64,000 bases of DNA from Candidatus Tayloriibacteriota bacterium (GTDB lineage: Bacteria > Patescibacteriota > Minisyncoccia > Phycocordibacterales > PALSA-1337), in assembly GCA_037129895.1 (NCBI GenBank), contig JBAXUB010000006.1, positions 3,580-67,579 on the forward strand, written 5' to 3'. The notes under the pieces were generated by a model. That model made no database searches, was not told the origin of the DNA, and was given only the letters and a program-made list of their open reading frames with translations. Position numbers and translations under genes: made by a program. The stretch's first letter is position 1; the number at the start of each line of letters is the position of its first letter. This document shows positions 56,675-64,000 of the stretch, one piece after another.

Positions 56675-59600
56675 ATTACAGGCGCTGGTTCTTCAGTTGC
56701 GGGTGGTGGAACTGGTGTAGCTGGTGGCTCTACAGCTGGCGGTGCAGTAACAGGCGTTGATTCTGATGGTGTTTCTGCCGGCGATATTACTGGTGGTTCA
56801 GTTGATGCAGTCGATGTGGCTGGTGGTTCAGCCTGAAGTGGCGGTTCTATTATAGGAGTAGTTGTAGCGGATTCGATTGAAATAGGTGTCGAGGTGGCGT
56901 GAGGTACTATTTCTGGTAGTGTAACTTGGACAGTGGAAGAAGCTATAATCTCTGGTGTTGATGTCGCCGTCGTAGACCCTGTAGTTGTCGGTGTTGTAGA
57001 TGAGGTCGGTTCAATAACAGTTTGTGGAATGACCGGACTAACTGAATTTGCTACCATCATCTTCTTCAAGGCTTCCTCGTCTATACATGTTGATCCGAGA
57101 CAAATGGTTTTTGAATTTACCAATTCAACGTCAGCTTGTTTGGCAGTAATCTTGTTCAATATCCAATTACCCGTTGACTCGATAGCCTTCTCAATAGCTG
57201 ATACGAGTTGACTGATGAATGTCGGAGACGTTACGATGGCCGTCACAGTGGAGCTGGCAGTTTTTGAAGCGGATGCAGCGGTGATTTCCTCCATAGTAGA
57301 AGTACTAAATATATCCTTAACAACGTTCATTGCAGACAACTCCTTTACAGAGTTAACCAATGCCGCCAAGATCGGCCGGTCTGACAATGTCAGCATGCCA
57401 GATGAGTCCACACCGACGGCCTCTGGGATACTCGCTTGAACATTTTGTGCGGAGAAGCCAGCATAAGTCGTCAACGTGTCGTATCCCGTCACATCTTTCC
57501 ATTTATATAAGATAGGATTCAATGTCAAAACATCTGAAAGACCTCGATTGAAATTACCCTGAATATTCTTCAACCTCTCATCTGATGAGACTGTGATGTT
57601 ACCTGATGCATCCGAGACGAGGGTACCAGTAGTGAACGTATCATTTCGCATGGTGCCACTGACGTGAAGTTTGGCGGTTGGAGATATCGTGCCTATGCCG
57701 ACGTTGCCAGATACGGATAGATTAGAAGCAAAGTTATATTCATTGATTGTATATTGTGTGCCGGCGTCCGTAATGGTTGCACTGCTAGGCTGAAGAGTTG
57801 TAGCTGGACCCGAAGTCCAAGTACCTGTATGGCGAATTTCAGATGATATACCGCAGATCCAGCTCGTTGCGAACCGAACCCAGACAGAAAATGTTTGATT
57901 CGTTACACCTGATCCGCTTGTATTGACGACTACAACATTGTCCACGAACCTTATTCCACTACTACCATTGTATGTATCTAGACCAACAATCATCGATTCG
58001 ATACCACTTGCAGTGTTACGCCCCTGCACGTTGATATGTTGTCTGGTTGGAATACCCAAACTACTAGCGGCATATAGGTCCACATCCAGTGTGGACCCAA
58101 TCCAAGCCCCGTTGTTGACAAATGTACCGATCTTCATCCAGTGACCACCATCTGTTCCACACTCATTGCTCGTACCAAATACTCCACCGTATATATAGCG
58201 CATGCCAATAGAGTTAAGTGCAGACATTGTCCCTCTGACATCGAGATTGTATCCAGGAAGAGTTGTTCCTATACCAATGGAGCCATTTTCTTTGATGTAT
58301 AAAGCACTATTTTGAGTAGCAGAACCGTTAGTTACGGAGAATGAAAGAGCACCTTTAGGAGCACCATTGGTATGATCAACGAATACACCAGTAATTGCTG
58401 ATGAAATATTACCCCCAGCAGATCTAAATTCATATGCGCCAAAGTTACCGTTTGTTGGATTATCCTGTTGAATATCGAGAGTAACTGCTTTCCATGCCGA
58501 TGATAAAGTCGTGTTGGTTGTCGATCCGGAAAATATAGACGACACTGCACTATCAGCGGCTCCACCAGTCAGTGGAGTATATGCATGGATTCTTACTCCA
58601 GCATACATTGAGTTGTAGATATCCAAGATAGAGATAGGATTCTCCGTCCCAATCCCCACATTTCCGTTATCTAACACTGTGACTTTAGGTGCATTTGTAG
58701 AGTCTGCAATCTGAAATGCTCGACCTGTAGCGATACCTGTACCCGTTACTGAAAGTTTAGCTGACGGAGACGTTGACCCTATCCCGACGTTGCCAGCGTT
58801 TATTACTAAACTAGCTCCCGCCAATGTTGATGCGCTTGAAATGGTACCGCCCAATCCGACGTTTCCACCGCTCTGCAGAACCATCCTCAATGGCTCGCCT
58901 CCGGCAGCTTGACCACCGTAAATCTCAAATTGCCCACCTGTTCCATCGTAGACACTTCGAATTGTACCGAGTGGTAAATAACTTCCCGATGGATAACCAA
59001 AGAAAGAAAAAGAACCCAAAACATCATTAGTTGAAATATTGGTAGGTGAAGCGACTGTTCCTCGAGCACGATAAAAGCCTACTGTCGGTCTGTCACTGGC
59101 AGTTCCATCTGCAAAATTGATTTTTAACCCATCACCGTATCCCAAAGCCGCACCGCTGTTAGATGCAATATTTAGAATAGTTCCGGGATTCTCCGTCCCA
59201 ATCCCCACATTCCCATTTGCAGCTATTGTGAACATTCTAGCGTTCGAGGAGGAGGAAACAGTAAAAGCATTTGCTGATCCTGCCGTTCCATATATATCAA
59301 GTTTGGCGCTCGGAGTTGTGGTGCCGATACCAACGTTACCAGAACTCGTAATTCTCATTTTTTCTGTTAGAGTAGTAGAAGCACTAGCGCCTGTATTAGT
59401 TAAAAAAGTCAATATTCCACTATAACCAGCACCAGAATACAATTGCTCTATTCTAGATGGCTCCCAGTTATCTGACTCCCTCTTAAAACTAAAATAGGAT
59501 CCGAGTCCTGCTGTTGTACCAATCGTAGGTTCTAATCTTAAATTTCCTTTAACATAAAGTTTTTCAGTAGGATTCATTGTACCAATCCCGACGTTGCCAT

Positions 59601-62600
59601 TCGCCAATACCGTAAACACCGAAGAAGTCGCAAATCCCGCCGAAGTTGTTGAAGCGATACTGAATAGTGGCAGAGTTGATCCGGGGGCTTGTTGTATTGA
59701 GAGTCTAGCAAAAGCTGTAGAAGTACCGAGTGAAGCATTACCAGATGCAGAAATATTGAATACATCTCCAGCGACGCCACCGTTGGATGTTACGTTCAAA
59801 TAATTGGCTGTCTGGGACAATATACCATTTAGACTTAGGATTGATCTTGCAGCAAAGCGTGTACCCAACATTAGTTGAGCGTTGAGAGCAAGATCTGTAC
59901 CTATACTAGCTGCGTCATTGACGAACATATCAGTATAATATGTGTCAGAGATTTGGAATTCTGTTTCAAACCAATATCTATAACCAGCATCCAATGTTCC
60001 TGACATACCCATTACTTTATAGTACCTATATGCTGTAGTGTTCTGACTAAGGGTTGTTATTATATACGTACCACCATTCGTACAACTTCCATCGTTTAAT
60101 TGTGTTGTAGTTCCTATGTTCGTCCAATTTGAGTTATCATTACTTCCTTGCCATTGCCATAATCCTTCGGGACATGTAAAACTCCAGTATGTTTTTGCTG
60201 AATCTATTATTTTCTTTGAGCCAAAATCAAAAGTGATAGATTGTGAACCGTCCAATACCACACCTCCAGTTAGAGTGATACCCGTTGAATTTGTACTACC
60301 ATCTACAAGAGTGGGTATTGTGTACTGATGCCATGAACTACCAGTTTCAGACATAGATATGATACTAGTTCTATTTCCAGTACTATATATATTCGTATAT
60401 GTCGTTGTGGCTGTACTGCTTCCGATATGGAGACGAGCTATAGGGGCGTTCTGTTGTATTCCCGTTAACTTAGCAGCCGTCACGACCATTGCGTCACCAA
60501 GACTTGTACTTGCTGTATTGATACTTAGTAGATTAGCCGATTGCCCAATAGCACCCGTTATACTCATCGTCGTCTGTAGTGGAACTAGGGAGTTTAGTGT
60601 AATGGAACCAAACCCAGCATTACCCGTAGCTGATAGACTACCGACGATAGATGTGTTCCCCGTTACTGATAGTGCGTCATTTCCGTTTGATATCTTGAAC
60701 TCGATTTCTTCCCATCTTCGTCCGTTTGCATCAAGTGTTCCAGAGACACTCACAAGTTTATAATAGCGATACCCAATAGAGTTCGTACTGAGAGTTATCA
60801 TAATATACTCACCTGTTCCACCTACCCCTGAAGATAGTTGAGATGTCCCACCAATATTAGTCCATGTTGAATTATCATTTGAACCTTGCCATTGCCAGAT
60901 ACCCTCTGATTCTCCAAAGTTAAATGTATTCTTTGCAGCAGTTACAATTTTTGGTGACCCAAAATCAAATGTTACAAATTGAGAACCGTTTAAAGTCGTT
61001 CCACCTGCAAGTTGAATTGCGTTTGTATTGTTGTTTGCAAGAACTCCATCTATAATACTATTCAATGTGTAGAAGTGCCATGTTCCACCACCCTCTGATG
61101 TACCAACATAGGTTCTTCTATCACCTGTTCCACCGCTATTACTATAGGACGGCGTTTGATTATCTACAGCAATCAATGCAGCTGATGTAGTAGTACCAAC
61201 ACCAGTAAGTCCGCTATCTAGAATAGTAAACTTTGCTGCATAAGTGCTATCTGTAACTTGAAAGGCCTTTCCTGTTGTGATGCCAGAACCTGAGACTGTA
61301 AGCCTAGCTAGGGGACTTGTCGTCCCAATACCGACGTTGCCGCTATCTAGAATAGTAAACTTTGCTACACCATCACTGTCTGTTGTCTGAAAAGTAGCCC
61401 CTGTTGTTGTACCAGAACCATTAACTGACAATTTAGCTGCTGGTGTAGCGTATGGGCCAATTCCGACATTTCCATTAGATTTGAGAATAGAAAAGCGTAA
61501 AGTCCCACTAAGAGAAGTGAAGTCATTTGGAGAAGTGTAATAACGTAAATTACCACCACTTTGAACTCCAAGGGCGGCATGCGCAGCCACTTGATTTTCA
61601 ATAAAAGTAATAAATCCAGAGGTGTTTATCGCTGGCCTAAGTGTCAATGATCCAGTTGCGCCTCCACCAGCACCAAGCCCTGCACCAAGAGCTGCTGTAG
61701 AAAGAGCTCCTCCGACAGTTAGATTGTTCCCTACCACAAAACTGTCAGGCGTTTTTAATCCGATTGCATCAGCATATAAAGCTGCATTTACTACTCCTGA
61801 GTTATAAAAATTTATTCTCGGTACACCACCACTACTAGGTAGAAACTCTATGTAGTCACCAGTTGCATCGTTTATTTGCATTGGTCCAAGAATGCTCAGT
61901 GTTTTTCCAGATATAAAACTATTAGTCCCTATTGCAGTACTTCCAGCCAAATATGTCTGTCCAGAAACTGATAGGTTTGTTGTAGAAGCATTACCTAGTG
62001 AAGATTGACCGGTAACTGATAGCGTTCCTGTGGCTGTAATGTTTGCAGCTGTTAGGTTGCCTGAGAAGTAGCCGTCTCCTACTACGGTGAGCTTGGATGA
62101 TGGGGTTGTGGAGCCGATACCGACGTTGCCGCTCGTATCAACTGTCAGTCGCCTCGTAATAGTTGAAGCCCCATCCCAAGTATAAATACCAAAATTATCT
62201 GTACCATTAGGCATCCCAAAACCCCATTGCGGAGTAGAGGCAGTTACAGCCGTAGCACTTTGTATTAGAAAGGCGGCATCGTGCGTATTATTATTCCTCA
62301 TAACCCTTGCCCAAGAGTTTCCAATAGAGTTCCAACCAATATCCAAAGGTACACCCGGACTCGTCGTCCCAATTCCCACATTCCCTCCATTGTAGTAAAC
62401 ACTGGAACTATTCGTCGTCCACTGACTAGATACTTTGTTGTTCCAGTCTGTGGTAGATGCAGATAGAGGGATGATATAGCTAGGATTGAGTGAGAGTACT
62501 CCAGTAGATGTAGCATACTGTAGACCTGTAGCTGTAGTAGACAGGGCGTTTCTGGAACGTACGTCTGTATAGTAGAGGTTAGTACCTTCTGCTAGAGCTG

Positions 62601-63999
62601 AGGTGGTGGTGCCAGCTAAGTCTGTAGCGAATAGTGAAGTTGAGTAGAATCTATTGATAACTCCTTGTATGAGATTGTCTGTGTTGATGGCGAGGGATGA
62701 GGTGGAAAGTGCGGAGACTGCACCGTTGGTGCCGAAGAGGAGACCTGAGAGTGAACCTACAGAGAGACCGCCAGTGGTTGTGGTGCCTGTGACTGATAGC
62801 GTTCCTGTGGCTGTAATGTTTGCAGCTGTTAGGTTGCCTGAGAAGTAGCCGTCTCCTACTACGGTGAGCTTGGAACTAGGAGATGAGGAACCGATGCCAA
62901 CTGATCCTTGAACAATTAAACCATTTGATGGTGCAGTATATGTACCAGCATAACTTGATCCGATAGCAGCTGAACCACCTACATCAAGACTATTTAAGAT
63001 TGACGCTACATTTACCCCTAGTCCATTCGGTACTGTAGTAGAAGCTCCACCTGTATCATACGGATAGCCTAATGGCGAAAAGGGCGCTGTCCACCTTGCA
63101 ATACCCTTAGAAACACGAAGCTCATCAACATATCCTTGATAGTAAAATGGTGTTGAATAATTAAGTTTTCCAATCGTCACATCATTCGTATTATTCATTA
63201 GTGACTCAACGCTAGTCCAGTGGTATATTTCGACTCCGTTCTTATATGTATAAAAGTCATTACCACTTCTTGTAACTGCCATATGTTGCCAAGTATTGAG
63301 AGTTACATCTCCCATTCTAATCCTATTACCGATATCCCATGAAACTCCATTTGAACTTGCTAAGAACTCCCACTTACCACTCTTTATTGTAATTCTGAAT
63401 GGTCCAAGAGAAGAAGCAGCAGATTTACTGATCACGTCTCCATCTTCATTGGTTGCTGTTGGGTATGCCCAGAAATCAATTGTGAAGTCTCCTGATCCAA
63501 ATTGAAAATCTAAACTGTTGGCGGCGCTCAGATAATCTCCCGTTCCATCAAAGTATGCTGCCTTACTTCCAAAATAATACTGAGTTGTGCTCTGTGTCAC
63601 GTCTCCACTAGGAGTTAAAGTACGTCCACTCGATGACGTATCAATAAACGTGTTTCCAGATCCTTCTGCAGGCATTAAGAGTTTAGTATAAGAGTCGTTT
63701 CCACCATATCCAGGCATGGCAGACGTACCAGCCCCTGAAACTATCAATGAACCAATAAACTGAGAGGTGCTTGTAGCACTACCTGTAAAAGTAGCACCGA
63801 CTATATTAGTAGCGTATAGGTCTCCAATGACAGTTAATTTATACGGAGGAGTAGAAGTCCCAATCCCCACATTCCCTCCATTGTAGTAAACACTAGTACC
63901 ATTCGTCGTCCACTGACTAGATACCTTGTTGTTCCAGTCTGTGGTAGATGCAGATAGAGGGATGATATAGCTAGGATTGAGTGAGAGTACTCCAGTAGA
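56671..63999 (-). CDS. Giant fibre/adhesin-like protein (5' end outside the window): GNVGIGT repeats, LamG-like domain, two discoidin/F5-8C-like domains, peptidase S74 chaperone domain and a Pro/Thr-rich tail
   Basis: More than 10 GNVGIG(T/S)xxP repeats; FTIDFW...WQHMAVTRSG...GYVDELRVSKG; two TFDFGS.K...QGSNDNS.WT...YRYYK units; SSDERLKNI...GFSAQNVQ..IPEAV. The frame stays open to the window end. Confidence 0.88.
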   Translation of the reverse strand, partial: STGVLSLNPSYIIPLSASTTDWNNKVSSQWTTNGTSVYYNGGNVGIGTSTPPYKLTVIGDLYATNIVGATFTGSATSTSQFIGSLIVSGAGTSAMPGYGGNDSYTKLLMPAEGSGNTFIDTSSSGRTLTPSGDVTQSTTQYYFGSKAAYFDGTGDYLSAANSLDFQFGSGDFTIDFWAYPTATNEDGDVISKSAASSLGPFRITIKSGKWEFLASSNGVSWDIGNRIRMGDVTLNTWQHMAVTRSGNDFYTYKNGVEIYHWTSVESLMNNTNDVTIGKLNYSTPFYYQGYVDELRVSKGIARWTAPFSPLGYPYDTGGASTTVPNGLGVNVASILNSLDVGGSAAIGSSYAGTYTAPSNGLIVQGSVGIGSSSPSSKLTVVGDGYFSGNLTAANITATGTLSVTGTTTTGGLSVGSLSGLLFGTNGAVSALSTSSLAINTDNLIQGVINRFYSTSLFATDLAGTTTSALAEGTNLYYTDVRSRNALSTTATGLQYATSTGVLSLNPSYIIPLSASTTDWNNKVSSQWTTNSSSVYYNGGNVGIGTTSPGVPLDIGWNSIGNSWARVMRNNNTHDAAFLIQSATAVTASTPQWGFGMPNGTDNFGIYTWDGASTITRRLTVDTSGNVGIGSTTPSSKLTVVGDGYFSGNLTAANITATGTLSVTGQSSLGNASTTNLSVSGQTYLAGSTAIGTNSFISGKTLSILGPMQINDATGDYIEFLPSSGGVPRINFYNSGVVNAALYADAIGLKTPDSFVVGNNLTVGGALSTAALGAGLGAGGGATGSLTLRPAINTSGFITFIENQVAAHAALGVQSGGNLRYYTSPNDFTSLSGTLRFSILKSNGNVGIGPYATPAAKLSVNGSGTTTGATFQTTDSDGVAKFTILDSGNVGIGTTSPLARLTVSGSGITTGKAFQVTDSTYAAKFTILDSGLTGVGTTTSAALIAVDNQTPSYSNSGGTGDRRTYVGTSEGGGTWHFYTLNSIIDGVLANNNTNAIQLAGGTTLNGSQFVTFDFGSPKIVTAAKNTFNFGESEGIWQWQGSNDNSTWTNIGGTSQLSSGVGGTGEYIMITLSTNSIGYRYYKLVSVSGTLDANGRRWEEIEFKISNGNDALSVTGNTSIVGSLSATGNAGFGSITLNSLVPLQTTMSITGAIGQSANLLSINTASTSLGDAMVVTAAKLTGIQQNAPIARLHIGSSTATTTYTNIYSTGNRTSIISMSETGSSWHQYTIPTLVDGSTNSTGITLTGGVVLDGSQSITFDFGSKKIIDSAKTYWSFTCPEGLWQWQGSNDNSNWTNIGTTTQLNDGSCTNGGTYIITTLSQNTTAYRYYKVMGMSGTLDAGYRYWFETEFQISDTYYTDMFVNDAASIGTDLALNAQLMLGTRFAARSILSLNGILSQTANYLNVTSNGGVAGDVFNISASGNASLGTSTAFARLSIQQAPGSTLPLFSIASTTSAGFATSSVFTVLANGNVGIGTMNPTEKLYVKGNLRLEPTIGTTAGLGSYFSFKRESDNWEPSRIEQLYSGAGYSGILTFLTNTGASASTTLTEKMRITSSGNVGIGTTTPSAKLDIYGTAGSANAFTVSSSSNARMFTIAANGNVGIGTENPGTILNIASNSGAALGYGDGLKINFADGTASDRPTVGFYRARGTVASPTNISTNDVLGSFSFFGYPSGSYLPLGTIRSVYDGTGGQFEIYGGQAAGGEPLRMVLQSGGNVGLGGTISSASTLAGASLVINAGNVGIGSTSPSAKLSVTGTGIATGRAFQIADSTNAPKVTVLDNGNVGIGTENPISILDIYNSMYAGVRIHAYTPLTGGAADSAVSSIFSGSTTNTTLSSAWKAVTLDIQQDNPTNGNFGAYEFRSAGGNISSAITGVFVDHTNGAPKGALSFSVTNGSATQNSALYIKENGSIGIGTTLPGYNLDVRGTMSALNSIGMRYIYGGVFGTSNECGTDGGHWMKIGTFVNNGAWIGSTLDVDLYAASSLGIPTRQHINVQGRNTASGIESMIVGLDTYNGSSGIRFVDNVVVVNTSGSGVTNQTFSVWVRFATSWICGISSEIRHTGTWTSGPATTLQPSSATITDAGTQYTINEYNFASNLSVSGNVGIGTISPTAKLHVSGTMRNDTFTTGTLVSDASGNITVSSDERLKNIQGNFNRGLSDVLTLNPILYKWKDVTGYDTLTTYAGFSAQNVQASIPEAVGVDSSGMLTLSDRPILAALVNSVKELSAMNVVKDIFSTSTMEEITAASASKTASSTVTAIVTSPTFISQLVSAIEKAIESTGNWILNKITAKQADVELVNSKTICLGSTCIDEEALKKMMVANSVSPVIPQTVIEPTSSTTPTTTGSTTATSTPEIIASSTVQVTLPEIVPHATSTPISIESATTTPIIEPPLQAEPPATSTASTEPPVISPAETPSESTPVTAPPAVEPPATPVPPPATEEPAPVI
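62015..62874. repeat. Identical 83-bp direct repeat pair inside the fibre gene
   Basis: 62015-62097 equals 62792-62874 (offset 777 bp, in frame). Confidence 0.9.
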
Positions 64000-64000
64000 T
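62366..64000. repeat. Near-identical direct repeat pair of at least 144 bp inside the fibre gene
   Basis: 62366-62509 versus 63857-64000, 5 mismatches, offset 1491 bp (in frame); the second copy runs off the window. Confidence 0.9.

Noticed and set aside
1122-63505. The many 60-170-aa ORFs antisense to or nested in long genes
   Set aside because: They are fully overlapped by well-supported genes and lack recognisable motifs or expression signals.
62366-64000. Near-identical repeat pair as a diversity-generating retroelement TR/VR
   Set aside because: The mismatches are not confined to adenines of one copy, both copies are inside one ORF, and no reverse transcriptase is in the window.
56671-64000. 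Prophage tail-fibre locus
   Set aside because: No capsid, terminase, portal, integrase or lysis genes are visible, and the downstream genes are cell-envelope proteins. Sequence beyond the window cannot be assessed.

Overview
A 64-kb stretch of chromosome from a small-genome bacterium, very probably Patescibacteria/CPR (Parcubacteria-like). This is inferred from gene content, short intergenic gaps, bidirectional terminators and CPR-type protein families. TGA is used as a stop, so this is translation code 11. Most of the window is housekeeping: rplM-rpsI, PBP2, greA-lysS, the mraZ-rsmH-ftsL-ftsI-murF cluster, tRNA-Glu, valS, rmuC, rplU, recR-dnaB, cysS, ctpA, rplI, rpmA, gltX, murG, leuS and ychF. 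The unusual parts are: (1) a RAYT-type HUH transposase with its own 21-bp palindromic REP-like repeat, present in 8 copies, two of them doublets with an identical 34-bp period and one copy in frame inside lysS; (2) an apparent surface-structure operon in which a giant modular fibre protein with a peptidase-S74 domain is followed by an Fn3-dockerin protein and two membrane-anchored cohesin proteins; (3) a 2135-aa Kelch/Fn3 surface protein next to a MacB-like ABC transporter; (4) a whole alpha/beta-hydrolase domain inserted into LeuRS; (5) seven TTTATC motifs at an exact 11-bp period upstream of dnaB; (6) a candidate structured ncRNA; and (7) small accessory islands, one at tRNA-Glu and one with glycosyltransferase, PAS and secreted-protein genes. 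All calls come from motifs read by eye; no database searches were run.
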